In this document: in pieces, positions 8,087-18,978 of the stretch | Numbering within the stretch: position 1 is the first letter of the stretch | Layout: each line of letters starts with the position of its first letter | Source: a virus | Lineage: Duplodnaviria; Heunggongvirae; Uroviricota; Caudoviricetes | DNA: 22,584 bases | Reading direction: 5' to 3' (one strand) | IMG/VR virus record: IMGVR_UViG_2740892449_000008 | Coordinates: 1 to 22,584 of that record | Translations under genes and position numbers: made by a program | The notes under the pieces: model-generated | Database searches by the model: none | What the model was told of the DNA's origin: nothing | Seen by the model: the letters and a program-made list of their open reading frames with translations, nothing else

Positions 8087-8829
8087 TTAACTGGCTTTCT
8101 TTTTCGGGCGTCCACGTTTTGCCGGTGTCACGCTCCGGGTCTTACGCGTGGCACGGGTGGCCGCTTTGGGTTGCGGCTCCGGCTTCGGTTTCAGCTCCCG
8201 CTCCAGTCGTTCAATCTCTTTTTTGACGCCTGCCTGACAGTCGAGCTGTGTCGCACGTTGCAGGTGAGCCAGCGCACCGGCGGCATCACCACCGTCACGC
8301 AGAAACAGACCGGTGATTTTGTGCAGCTTTGCGCGCACTTCATCAGGCATGTCAGCCGTGGCGGTCAGTTCGAGGGTCTCCGTCAGCAGGCGGGGATCCA
8401 CAGACTCACCGGCAGCGTGGGCGCGCATGGCCGCGAGCGCCACCTCCTCGGTGAACATGTACGGCGGGGTGCGGCGGTGTTTACCCGGCATGGTCAGACC
8501 GTACTTCAGGCATAACGGGCAATCTCCAGCGCACCGGCAATATCGCCGGTATCCAGACGCCACAGCATGACCGTCATCAGAATGTCATCCTGTGCACCTT
8601 TGCCCTGCTCCAGCACGCCGTTCACCCACGGCAACCAGAACGGCAGCAGTTCGCGTTTTTTCGCGGCCTTCAGCTCTTTTGAATAAATCGCTTTCAGTGT
8701 GCGCTGGTCTGCGGCGAGCTTAACCAGCATCTGCTCATAGACAGTTGCATGTCGCAGTGGGGCGGCTTCCCGCTGCGCGGTCATCGCTGCCGAGACCCGC
8801 ATCATGTGGCGCTGTGCGGGACTCGTCAT
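8087..8829 (-). pseudogene. M: Terminase small (endonuclease) subunit M, split by a -1 frameshift near 8508
   Basis: ORF 8506..8829 (MTSPAQRHMMRVSAAMTAQREAAPLRH...EIARYA*) and ORF 8087..8563 (...LKYGLTMPGKHRRTPPYMFTEEVALAAMRAHAAGESVD...) are adjacent halves of a P2 gpM-like protein. Inserting one G into plus-strand 'cttcaggcat' restores ARYALKYGLTMPGK. Confidence 0.85.
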
Positions 8830-8832
8830 CGG

Positions 8833-9906
8833 TTACGCTCCCGGCTCTGCGGTCGCCTTAGCCGGTGTGGAGAAATCACCGACCTTAATTTTTTCCACCA
8901 GACAACCGGCGGCGTAGTCTTCCACCACGTAATCAATGTTCATTGACTCGTAGTTCTCCACGCGGTCGAGTTTCGGGTTTTCCACAATCACGCGGCGATG
9001 GCTGTCATCCATGTAGTAGATGGACAGGTTTTCCAGCTTCGTGATGAGCATCGCATCCGCCGGGAAGTACGGGACGCGTACCGCCGGCAGGTTACCGATG
9101 CGTTTCTGGCTGATGATGACGTCAGCGGCCAGCATTTCGCTGTTGTCCTGCTCCTTGTTAACGATGGGGAAATACTTGTCCGCCAGTAGCTGACGCCCCA
9201 CAATCACCACAAGGTCAGGGTCTTCCTGATACCACGGCTCAATCAGGTTGTTGGTCGCATCCATCACCAGTGCATCGAGGCTGGCATAATCACCGCCTTT
9301 ACCCACGCGGATGACCTCAGAGGTGGTGTGACCTTCCTCGTCAGTGACCTTGCTCATCACGCGCGCCGGGGCTTCATTGCGGTATTTCTGCAGCCAGCCG
9401 ACCGCCACATCCTGCAGCATCGGATTGCTGCTGCGGTCAGAGGTTTCGGCACGCCTCACGCCGTTAAAACCGGCCATGATGAAATCAAGGGACTGGCGTT
9501 TGATAATGGCGTTACGGACACGGAGCTGGAAATCCTGATAACGCGCCCACAGGTCAAGCGTTTTGTAGCGGATATAAAAATCGAAGTTAATCTGGTCGCA
9601 TTCGTACTTGTTTGACGCCAGCTTCGAGAAGTCCTTCGGCTGACGCTCGGTGCCACCGGCGGTGTCGGTGGTGCTGGCGATGGAGCCGGTGACACCAATA
9701 CCAATTTTTTCCCCTTTCATTTCGCTGACCGGCACAATGTTGATGCGGGTCAGAAAGTCAGAGGACTCCTGCATGGTATTCATCAGGGTCTGGGTGACCG
9801 ACGGTTCAACGGTGAATTTTTTCGACACATCACCGGCGTCGATGCCGTTCAGTTCGGCAACACGGGACAGGTAGGCATTAAATTTAAAGCGGGTTTCCTG
9901 GCGCAT
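8833..9906 (-). CDS. N: Major capsid protein N
   Basis: Intact 357-aa ORF (MRQETRFKFNAYLSRVAELNGIDAGDVSKKFTVEPSVTQTLMNTMQESSDFL...) matching recalled P2 gpN. Confidence 0.95.
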   Translation of the reverse strand: MRQETRFKFNAYLSRVAELNGIDAGDVSKKFTVEPSVTQTLMNTMQESSDFLTRINIVPVSEMKGEKIGIGVTGSIASTTDTAGGTERQPKDFSKLASNKYECDQINFDFYIRYKTLDLWARYQDFQLRVRNAIIKRQSLDFIMAGFNGVRRAETSDRSSNPMLQDVAVGWLQKYRNEAPARVMSKVTDEEGHTTSEVIRVGKGGDYASLDALVMDATNNLIEPWYQEDPDLVVIVGRQLLADKYFPIVNKEQDNSEMLAADVIISQKRIGNLPAVRVPYFPADAMLITKLENLSIYYMDDSHRRVIVENPKLDRVENYESMNIDYVVEDYAAGCLVEKIKVGDFSTPAKATAEPGA

Positions 9907-9978
9907 AGTTTTTCCTGAAATTAAGGGTTAATCGTGAAGGTTTTCCCGGACTGACTGACGCCGGTCAGCAGTTCGTCA

Positions 9979-10818
9979 TCAGGCGTCACCGCCACCGCCG
10001 GTGGCCTTGCTGCGGCGCTGCTGGGTCAGACTTTCGGTGTGGTCGAGGCTGTTTTTCAGGCGGGTGAATGCCTGGCTGGTTTCATCCGCCCTGTCAGTCA
10101 CATCCTGCTTAAGTGCGGAAAAGGCGGTTTCCATCTCAGCGAGGCGCTGCTCAGTGGCGCTCAGTTTTTCCTGCACATGTTCAGCAACAGCGGTCACCGC
10201 TTCATGCACGTCATTCAGACGGGCGTCATCGCTGGCCTGTTTGCGGCCAAAAATGGATTTCACCTTTTCGGTCAGGGCGGTGAACACGGTTTCAGGCAGG
10301 TCTTCAAATTCCAGCTCAACAGGCGTTGCCACTGAAATCAGGTTTTCAGGGCTTAATTTGAAGCGGTTCAGGGGGTTGTGTTTTGCCGTGCGGCAGAATT
10401 CCAGGTATTCCGTGCCGAGGCTTGCCGGGTCATCGGTGACGGCCAGACCCACCAGATAACATTTGCCGGTATTGGCAAAGTTCGGCTGAATTTCCATTGA
10501 GGTATAGACCTTCTGCGCGGCCTTGTTCATCGCGATAAGGTCATCGGTCGGGGTGATTTTCGCAAACAGCGCCCATTTGCCTTTCAGCGCCGAATCATCG
10601 TCAATCTTTTCGGCCTTCAGTTCGACCACATCGCCATAACGCTTAAAAATACCGTCAGGCAGGATGCCGCGCAGATGTTCCAGGTTAATGCGGCAACCAT
10701 AGACTCGCGGGTCAAAGGTTTCGGCCATTTCCTGAATATCCTGCGCACTGATGACACGCCCGTCACAGGTGTCACCCTCAACGCCGATACGAAAGAATTT
10801 TGATGCTTTTTTTGCCAT
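9979..10818 (-). CDS. O: Capsid scaffolding protein O
   Basis: From the ATG at 10818: MAKKASKFFRIGVEGDTCDGRVISAQDIQEMAETFDPRVYGCRINLEHLRG..., matching recalled P2 gpO; SD-like GGAG-containing sequence upstream. Confidence 0.9.
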   Translation of the reverse strand: MAKKASKFFRIGVEGDTCDGRVISAQDIQEMAETFDPRVYGCRINLEHLRGILPDGIFKRYGDVVELKAEKIDDDSALKGKWALFAKITPTDDLIAMNKAAQKVYTSMEIQPNFANTGKCYLVGLAVTDDPASLGTEYLEFCRTAKHNPLNRFKLSPENLISVATPVELEFEDLPETVFTALTEKVKSIFGRKQASDDARLNDVHEAVTAVAEHVQEKLSATEQRLAEMETAFSALKQDVTDRADETSQAFTRLKNSLDHTESLTQQRRSKATGGGGDA

Positions 10819-10991
10819 TGTCAGGAGTCCTGAATAGTGATTAGAGGAGTCACATGTCGGCATCAGTTTCCCGACGATGCGCATCCTCCGCCATCAGTCC
10901 CGGATGGCTTATCACTGACACAACAGCACCTTAGCGAATCGCGGGGCGCGACTCAGTAGCCTTGCCGTGTATTCATCACGGCGAGGTATTC

Positions 10992-12764
10992 ATGACCATC
11001 ACCACAGACACCACTCTTTTACACGACCCGCGTCGTCATGCGGCGCTGCTGTACTGGCAGGGGTTTTCCGTGCCGCAGATTGCCGCCATGTTGCAGATGA
11101 AACGCCCGACGGTGCAGAGCTGGAAACAGCGCGACGGCTGGGACAGCGTTGCCCCCATCAGCCGTGTCGAAATGAGTCTGGAAGCGCGGCTGACCCAGCT
11201 CATCATCAAACCGCAGAAAACCGGCGGTGACTTCAAGGAAATTGACCTGCTGGGACGTCAGATTGAACGACTGGCACGGGTCAACCGTTACAGTCAGACC
11301 GGCAACGAGGCAGACCTTAATCCGAACGTCGCTAACCGCAACAAAGGCGGGCGACGCAAACCGAAAAAGAATTTTTTCAGTGACGAGGCCATCGAAAAGC
11401 TGGAGCAAATTTTCTTTGAGCAGTCTTTCGACTATCAGTTGCACTGGTATCGCGCCGGGCTTGAGCACCGCATCCGCGATATCCTGAAATCCCGCCAGAT
11501 TGGCGCGACGTTTTATTTTTCCCGCGAGGCGCTGCTGCGCGCCCTGAAAACCGGCCATAACCAGATTTTTCTGTCGGCCAGTAAAACGCAGGCGTATGTG
11601 TTCCGCGAATACATCATCGCCTTTGCCCGGCTGGTTGACGTTGACCTGACCGGTGACCCGATTGTCCTGGGCAATAACGGCGCAAAACTGATTTTTCTCG
11701 GCACCAACTCCAACACCGCACAGAGCCATAACGGCGACCTGTACGTCGACGAGATTTTCTGGATCCCGAATTTTCAGGTACTGCGTAAGGTGGCATCAGG
11801 TATGGCCTCACAAAGTCACCTGCGCTCGACCTATTTCTCCACCCCGTCCACGCTGGCGCACGACGCCTACCCGTTCTGGTCGGGTGAACTGTTCAACCGG
11901 GGACGCGCCAGCGCCGCCGAACGCGTGGAAATCGACGTCAGTCATAACGCCCTTGCCGGTGGGCTTCTCTGTGCGGACGGCCAGTGGCGGCAGATTGTCA
12001 CCATTGAGGACGCCCTGAAAGGTGGCTGCACGCTGTTCGACATTGAGCAGCTTAAACGCGAAAACAGCGCCGACGATTTTAAAAACCTGTTCATGTGTGA
12101 ATTTGTTGACGACAAGGCGTCGGTGTTCCCGTTCGAGGAGCTGCAACGCTGCATGGTCGACACGCTGGAAGAATGGGAAGACTATGCGCCGTTTGCCGCG
12201 AATCCGTTCGGCTCCCGCCCGGTATGGATTGGTTACGACCCGTCACACCGTGGCGACAGCGCCGGATGCGTGGTACTGGCACCGCCGGTGGTGGCCGGTG
12301 GCAAATTCAGAATACTTGAGCGTCACCAGTGGAAAGGCATGGACTTTGCCACTCAGGCGGAATCCATCCGCAAACTCACCGAAAAATACAACGTCGAATA
12401 CATCGGTATTGATGCCACCGGCCTTGGTGTCGGCGTGTTCCAGCTCGTGCGCTCGTTCTATCCCGCCGCGCGCGATATTCGCTACACGCCGGAAATGAAA
12501 ACCGCAATGGTGCTCAAGGCAAAAGACGTTATCCGCCGTGGCTGTCTGGAATATGACGTCAGCGCCACCGACATCACCAGCTCGTTTATGGCTATCCGCA
12601 AGACCATGACCAGCAGCGGACGCAGCGCCACCTATGAGGCCAGCCGCAGCGAGGAAGCCAGCCACGCCGACCTCGCCTGGGCGACCATGCACGCCCTGTT
12701 AAATGAGCCACTCACCGCCGGTATCAGCACCCCGCTGACATCCACCATTCTGGAGTTTTACTGA
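10992..12764 (+). CDS. P: Terminase large (ATPase) subunit P
   Basis: From the ATG at 10992: MTITTDTTLLHDPRRHAALLYWQGFSVPQIAAMLQMKRPTVQSWKQRDGW..., about 590 aa, intact, matching recalled P2 gpP. Divergent from O. Confidence 0.9.
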   Translation: MTITTDTTLLHDPRRHAALLYWQGFSVPQIAAMLQMKRPTVQSWKQRDGWDSVAPISRVEMSLEARLTQLIIKPQKTGGDFKEIDLLGRQIERLARVNRYSQTGNEADLNPNVANRNKGGRRKPKKNFFSDEAIEKLEQIFFEQSFDYQLHWYRAGLEHRIRDILKSRQIGATFYFSREALLRALKTGHNQIFLSASKTQAYVFREYIIAFARLVDVDLTGDPIVLGNNGAKLIFLGTNSNTAQSHNGDLYVDEIFWIPNFQVLRKVASGMASQSHLRSTYFSTPSTLAHDAYPFWSGELFNRGRASAAERVEIDVSHNALAGGLLCADGQWRQIVTIEDALKGGCTLFDIEQLKRENSADDFKNLFMCEFVDDKASVFPFEELQRCMVDTLEEWEDYAPFAANPFGSRPVWIGYDPSHRGDSAGCVVLAPPVVAGGKFRILERHQWKGMDFATQAESIRKLTEKYNVEYIGIDATGLGVGVFQLVRSFYPAARDIRYTPEMKTAMVLKAKDVIRRGCLEYDVSATDITSSFMAIRKTMTSSGRSATYEASRSEEASHADLAWATMHALLNEPLTAGISTPLTSTILEFY

Positions 12765-13796
12765 TGAGCAAGAAAAAAGGGAAAACACCGCAACCTGCGG
12801 CAAAAACAATGACCGCCAGCGCCCCGAAAATGGAGGCATTCACCTTTGGCGAGCCGGTGCCGGTACTCGACCGCCGTGACATTCTGGATTACGTCGAGTG
12901 CATCAGTAACGGCAGATGGTATGAGCCGCCGGTCAGCTTTACCGGTCTGGCAAAAAGCTGCGTGCTGCCGTGCATCACAGCTCGCCGATTTACGTCAAAC
13001 GTAATATTCTGGCCTCGACATTTATCCCGCATCCGTGGCTTTCCCAGCAGGATTTCAGCCGCTTTGTGCTGGATTTTCTGGTGTTCGGTAATGCGTTTCT
13101 GGAAAAGCGTTACAGCACCACCGGCAAGGTCATCAGACTGGAAACCTCACCGGCAAAATATACCCGCCGTGGCGTGGAGGAGGATGTTTACTGGTGGGTG
13201 CCTTCCTTCAACGAGCCGACAGCCTTCGCACCCGGCTCCGTGTTTCACCTGCTGGAGCCGGATATTAATCAGGAGCTGTACGGCCTGCCGGAATATCTCA
13301 GCGCCCTTAATTCTGCCTGGCTGAATGAGTCGGCCACGCTGTTCCGCCGCAAGTATTACGAAAATGGCGCACATGCCGGATACATCATGTACGTTACCGA
13401 TGCCGTGCAGGATCGCAACGATATCGAAATGCTTCGCGAAAACATGGTCAAGTCGAAAGGCCGCAACAACTTTAAAAACCTGTTTCTCTATGCCCACAGG
13501 GGAAAGCCGACGGCATTAAAATTATCCCGCTCAGTGAAGTGGCAACGAAGGACGATTTTTTTAATATCAAAAAAGCCAGCGCCGCAGACCTGCTGGACGC
13601 GCACCGCATCCCTTTTCAGTTGATGGGCGGCAAGCCGGAGAACGTCGGGTCGCTGGGTGATATTGAGAAAGTGGCAAAGGTCTTTGTCCGCAATGAGCTT
13701 ATCCCGTTACAGGACAGGATCCGCGAGATAAACGGCTGGCTCGGCCAGGAGGTCATCCGCTTTAAAAACTACTCACTGGACACTGACAACGGCTGA
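12764..13796 (+). pseudogene. Q: Portal protein Q, interrupted by two -1 frameshifts (near 12959 and 13496)
   Basis: Three successive frames (12764.., 12970.., 13539..13796) together give a P2 gpQ-like protein. Inserting one C in 'aaagctgcg' and one C in 'tgcccacag' restores ...LAKSLRAAVHHSSPIYVKR... and ...LYAPQGKADGIKIIPLSEVATKDDFFN.... Confidence 0.85.
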
Positions 13797-13801
13797 ACAT
13801 C

Positions 13802-13823
13802 GCCGCCTGCGGGCGGCTTTTTT
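13802..13823 (+). terminator. Rho-independent terminator after Q
   Basis: GC stem gccgcc / ggcggc with loop tgcg, followed by TTTTTT; 6 nt after the Q stop codon. Confidence 0.55.
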
Positions 13824-13965
13824 ACACCCCTTCATCACGCCCTCACACACTCACCACCGCACAAAACAGCCCGCAGACACACCAACGCCCCGGCGCACAA
13901 TCTAAACGCCATTACGACGTGCTGAGACGCTGAAAAAATAAAATCAGCACCACCGCCAGCGCGCA

Positions 13966-13984
13966 GTGCTATCCCCGCCTCGCC
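13966..13984. other. cos cohesive-end sequence (P2-type 19-mer), internal to the prophage
   Basis: The minus-strand reading of 13966-13984 is GGCGAGGCGGGGATAGCAC, one mismatch from the recalled P2 cohesive end GGCGAGGCGGGGAAAGCAC. It lies next to Q, as in P2. Confidence 0.6.
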
Positions 13985-14101
13985 CGCCCGCTTAATGGGG
14001 CGGTTTTAATGCGGGTGCATAACCACTTCTTACCCACATCAATTCTGGTCAAGCCAAGCAGTACAGCTTATGATTTCAAGATGCAAACTCATGCAGCAAT
14101 G

Positions 14102-15231
14102 TTAAATTCTGCATCCATCGGTTTGAAAATGTGATCCGTTTTTCGAATTCAAACTCAACTCTGTTTGACTCTTTTGAACATTAATAGTTTTACCAGTAAG
14201 GACATCCAAAACCCCTGCAGCAACAGCCTGCGCCAATTTACAAGGCACAGCATTCCCTATCTGACGCCAAATTGACGAATTTTTCCCCACAAAGACATAA
14301 TTACTCGGGAATGTTTGAATCAAAAGAGCCTCATCTATCGTTAGTCGACGTAAACGACTAGGTACATCGTGCATATCTTTTGGCTCACCACCATTCATTA
14401 GATGATTATGATAAGTCTCAACATAACTTGTTGAGCCATCATAAAGGTGTTCTTCATCAATAATTGGTGTCCTATTCCCCCCATAGAAGCAGCTATAGTT
14501 GAAGCATACCCATTCGGGTTAATTGGTCTTCCCTGCCCGTTAAACATCATTCCCGCGTAAGGTGACTTCCGTAATACTGGCTTAGCAGCATTTGTAATCC
14601 TTGCATTACAGACTCTTGAATTGTTTGGATTACCCGCTCGCCCTAAAGGCCGAATAATCTCACCAACTGTGGGCGAAAGATATTGGTATTTTTTTATCGC
14701 CGCCTCAACTCGTTTCACATCATTTTCGGAACGAAACCCTATAAAAAACATACGTTCCCTATTCTGAGGAACGCCAAAATCTTTAGAATTCAGCACCAGC
14801 AAGGCTGAACGATAGCCTGACTTTTCAGCCATCTTAAACAGTTCACACCTAACTGGTTCAAATTTGGACAACTGTGCTAAAGCCTTAACATTCTCCATAA
14901 CAAAGCATTCTGGTTGAATTATATCCACCGCCCGCATGAATGACATAACCAGCTTACTACGTGGATCATGAGCGTCCATTTTCCCTGCCACAGAAAATCC
15001 TTGGCATGGAGGCCCACCAAAAACACAACCTATATTTTTCAGCCCAGACAATTCACTTAGCATCTCATCAATATCACCACAAAAAACAGGTGATTCATGA
15101 TTAAGCTTAAATGTATCACATGCATCCTTATCTATATCATTGGCCCAAACTGTTCGGAACCCGGCATTAGAGAAACCGACATCCATCCCTCCTGCCCCAG
15201 TAAATAAGCTCACCGCTGAAATTTTGTTCAC
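14102..15231 (-). pseudogene. DNA (cytosine-5) methyltransferase, -1 frameshift in a C6/G6 run at 14466-14471; start uncertain (GTG 15231 or TTG 15270/15294)
   Basis: C5-MTase motifs in order: LFTGAGGMDVGF (motif I), GGPPCQGFS (motif IV), MENVKAL (VI), QNRERMFFIG (VIII), then after the frame change RRLTIDEALLIQTFPSNYVF and QIGNAVP (IX/X). Adding one G to the ggggggaat run joins ORFs 14398..15294 and 14102..14398. AT-rich. Confidence 0.85.
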
Positions 15232-15314
15232 TTCTTTAGCACCAATTATTCGATTTTGGAATAAAACCAATGATAGGTAAGGATCGACACACAATCAATC
15301 ACCTTCTAAACCAC

Positions 15315-15584
15315 ATGGCAAAACGACAACCAACTATACATGATCATAGATACAGGTGCCTAGTCCAGCTTCTCACCAAACTACGCAAAGAAGCTTCTCT
15401 TTCGCAGTCAGAATTGGCCATTTTTCTAGGATTATCACAATCAGATATATCTAAAATCGAAAGCTTTGAAAGGCGATTAGATGCTTTAGAACTATTTGAA
15501 TTATTAGAGGTGGTTGCAAGCCGATTAGGTCTACCAATGGATATCTTACTAAAGGACACCTATGAAAGTATTAGTAAATCATGA
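15315..15584 (+). CDS. Small HTH (XRE-type) regulator, likely R-M controller (C) protein
   Basis: About 89 aa from the ATG at 15315 (alternative ATG at 15270). Helix-turn-helix signature SLSQSELAIFLGLSQSDISKIE. Divergent from the MTase, and its 3' end overlaps the start of the next ORF by 23 nt. Confidence 0.65.
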   Translation: MAKRQPTIHDHRYRCLVQLLTKLRKEASLSQSELAIFLGLSQSDISKIESFERRLDALELFELLEVVASRLGLPMDILLKDTYESISKS

Positions 15585-16615
15585 GCAAGCCTATAATGTA
15601 ATTATAAATGCAATCAACGATGCAAAAAAATTAACTGATTACAAAACAAATAATCAATGGGTCTCCATTCAAAATGTAATTTTAGGCACCCACCTTACAT
15701 ACAGATATATACTTATTACTGGTTTACTTGCAAAAGCAACAGACCCTAGAGTAAACCCTCTGGCTTTACAAGCTAATGCCCCCGTAGACGGAGCCTATGA
15801 TGCAAGAAGTTTATGTCATTCGGTAATAGTAGCAAAGTAGAAGGCCCATATTTAGAGGGTAAGTTAGGCGCATCAAATGAGCCATTTCTAAATAAACCTG
15901 CTCGTTACATGCTCCACTCCTCTGATAACCCTGTGCGCAGAGGAAATGATAAGGTTTTACAACAACTTTCAATTGATATATTACATGCAGCAACAACCCA
16001 AACCTTAGCTTATGAAATGCTTGTTATTGCATTATATTTTACCCTACAGCGAACCAATAGAGTTATAACGCCGAACTCAATTAATTTTGATTTCCATAAG
16101 ATTATTTATAATATTATATCTCATCCTTGTGATGGAGAAACATGCGCGATTGCTGCCGCAATTTCGTTACATTTATTAGGTGAACAAAGAGGATGGATAA
16201 TAAAAGCACATCCCGTCAATCAGCCGGTAGCTCCTCAAAAGAGATACTGGACATAGATGTATATCATGACGATATAGTTTTCCTTTCTATAGAAGTGAAA
16301 GACAAACCATTTAATTATCAAGATGTTAATCACGCCGTTTCAAAAGCATCTGCATCCGGGATTTCAAAAGTTATCTTCCTTAAAGGGCCAAGAGCAACAA
16401 ACTTAGATATTGATGAGTCTCTTGCGATTGAGAACGCTGCGACAAAAGGTGTTTCACTAAGCTTTAGTGACGTCATGACATTCACAACAACATGTTATGC
16501 GTTATCGCCACTATTAAGTAATGACAGAATAATAGATTTCATAAATAACACTTTAAAAGACATCAGAGCTAAAGATAGCACTATAGAATACATACAATCC
16601 ATATTTAAAAATTAA
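15562..16615 (+). pseudogene. Putative type II restriction endonuclease (PD-(D/E)xK), read through two -1 frameshifts
   Basis: Three consecutive ORFs (15562..15840, 15813..16256, 16193..16615) in frames 0, -1 and -2 form one ~351-aa gene if two bases are restored. AAGGA SD 6 nt before the ATG at 15562. Candidate catalytic motif D-x7-E-V-K in DIVFLSIEVKDK. Context: C gene upstream, C5-MTase divergent. Confidence 0.5.
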
Positions 16616-16622
16616 TACTCCC

Positions 16623-16657
16623 GGGACAATATAGTTCACAACTACGTTGTCCCTTTT
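16623..16657. terminator. Hairpin plus T/A run between the convergent endonuclease ORF and gene A
   Basis: gggacaa (16623-16629) pairs with ttgtccc (16647-16653), followed by ttttaaaa; lies between the two convergent stop codons. Confidence 0.4.
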
Positions 16658-16708
16658 AAAACAGTCAAGCAATTGCATTATATTAATTATTTACTTTTTA
16701 TCACAATC

Positions 16709-18978
16709 TCATAATTCATACGCTCTCCAATCACATATAACAGGATAACTGAAGCTTCTCCCGTCGTAATTTACACTTGCCCCACGCGCCAGCGCCTCAA
16801 GCTCCCATCGCTGCGGCCTGATACCGTTCTGAGCAAGGTCAACGCGGATACGGGTGATTTGCAATCGTTCAGACCTGGTCAGTCTGGCCGATGGTGCTAT
16901 TTCATGTGGTTTTAACGGGCTTCCGTTTCTTTGCTGACGACTTGGCGTTCTCCGACCGTGTTTTAATGCACCCCTGAGCGCCCTCACGACCTCCGGGTCA
17001 TTCCATTCGATAACACCGTCATCAACCAGATTAAGCACTGCTGCGGCATGCTCAGAAGGTGTGGGAGCCGGTAACGAAGCATCACCACCGGTGAGCTTTC
17101 CACAGTTATTGACAGGACTCCGAGGCGCGGCGATGCCGCTTTTTAAAGTCAAAGGCTCAACGACCGGAACTTTCGGCACAATGCGCCAGTCCGTCGTTCT
17201 GGTGATATGAATATGACGCGCGCCGAGATGCGGCGCGTAAATGCCGACCACTCTCTCGACTTCTTCCTCGTACTCGTTAACGTCATCCGACGGGCTACGG
17301 GCGACCCTGACAGTCTGACAATCGCGCGGGACATTTGCCCCGCCCTGCGCGCTGATATACAACGCAAAATCACCACTGTCTGCAGCGGCGCGTGCAGCCT
17401 CGACGCGCTCGTCAAACTCATCAGCAATGCTGACGCCGCGCGGCAATTTGCGTAGTTCACGGTAAGCCCCCATTGTCGGCAGGCCAACCGTTTTAAATTG
17501 CGGGATGCGCCACGTTGACGCCCATGCGGTAACAGCCGCTGCAGTGTCTTTCAGCGGCCTGCCGGTGTCGTTATCGAGCTGACCATCCAGTGCATAGCCG
17601 TCGATGTTTTTTGAAATGTATTTCGCGATATATCCCGCAGCACCGCCCCGGTTAAGGTGTTTTGCCTGAAAACGGTTTCGCGCAGCTCCTCTTTCGTCTC
17701 CATCCTCTTTGAGCGCGTAGCGACGCATGATTTCGATAATCTGGTTACGCTGGCGCGAATTACAAAAAAGCATTATATGCCAGTGCGGCGTTCCGTCGTG
17801 GTGTGGCTCGACGACACGCAAACCGTAGACCTGTAAATCATTATCCTTGAATGCCGTGCGCATCAGGCTCCAGATACGGCAGAGATAACGCTGCGCATCC
17901 TTTGGATTAAATGCCTCATCGTTCCAGCCGTGATTTAGCTGGACGGTTTTACTTTCGCCTTTTCCAACCTGACGTGTCGGGTGATACTTTGACGGCGCGG
18001 TCAGCGTGATAAACATCCCCACATCACCCTCTGCTGCGGCGTAACGCTCAATACCGGCAATGGTGTTCATCAGCTCCATCCGGCGAATTTCAGGATTAGA
18101 AATACTGCCCATCACCTTACTGATAAGGTCGATGCGCTCGCCGGTTTCCCTGTTTTCGAGATCACACGATTTAAGAAATTCCAGATTTGCCTGGCGGCGT
18201 GCACGCACATCACGAATGGCATGTTTACTGGCATAAGGAGAACGGTCTTTATTGACCTCCCCGACAGCAATCAGTAACGCCTCATGCCAGCGCATACGCT
18301 GGCCTTTAAGCTGATGAGTCCACCACTCATCGTTAAACAGACGGGCAATGGCAGAATATGCCTGCCTCGTGGTCATCTGTCCTTTACGGTATTTTTTCCA
18401 GTAGAGAGGGGAAATATTGAAAGCACGTGCAGCGCCAGCAACATGACCATACAGGTGAGCCTGCGCCTCATCCGTAAACAGCGATTCTTTTTCGCCATGC
18501 GCATCCACCCAGGCATCGCAGAGTTCCTCATACATCATGAAAAGCTGCGATGAGATACGGGCGGCAAACTTTTTCAGCTCCTTGTCATTCATTCCAGGCA
18601 GGCGCGCATAGTGGTCACGCTCTGCCAGAAACAGCAACGACGCGTCGGTGTTCATTTCATGGCGCTGATTCACACGCTCAATACGCGGCCATAAACGACG
18701 CTGAAAAGTGGATGTGAGGAAATAAAACCCGTGTACCGGACTTTTATTGCGCCGGATGTAGTCATAGCGTGAAGTAAACAGCGAGCGCAAAAAGTAAGGC
18801 AGGCGGTTAATCGTGGATAAAACACCTTGCACCTGACGCATCTCGTCACGTGTAAGAGGTCTTTCTCGCCCGACGGCCTCGCGTGGCGCGTTCCATGCAT
18901 AAGCACCGGTAAACGTCTCACCGGTGCCTGCGGCAAATGCTGACGGAGGGACAAAACGCCCGGAGCTTTAACGGCCAT
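16709..18978 (-). pseudogene. A: Replication initiation protein A (rolling-circle nickase), -1 frameshift about 20 nt after the start codon
   Basis: ORF 16709..18841 (MRQVQGVLSTINRLPYFLRSLFTSRYDYIRRNKSPVHGFYF...) matches recalled P2 gpA from residue ~47 onwards. The ATG at 18978 reads MAVKAPG and then the frame slips; inserting one base in 'gctccggg' restores MAVKASGRFVPPSAFAAGTGETFTGAYAWNAPREAVGRERPLTRDEMRQ. Confidence 0.85.

Noticed and set aside
10819-10991. Ogr-type late-promoter activator site (TGT-N12-ACA) between divergent O and P
   Set aside because: I checked every TGT and ACA in the interval and found no pair with 12-bp spacing. Late promoters are probably present, but I cannot place them.
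11019-11729. 236-aa minus-strand ORF inside terminase gene P
   Set aside because: Antisense to an intact, well-matched terminase large subunit; no supporting start or RBS context.
13797-16708. CRISPR array, tRNA or other RNA gene in the accessory regions
   Set aside because: No regularly spaced direct repeats and no tRNA-like sequence seen; all repeats found were short inverted repeats consistent with terminators or operators.
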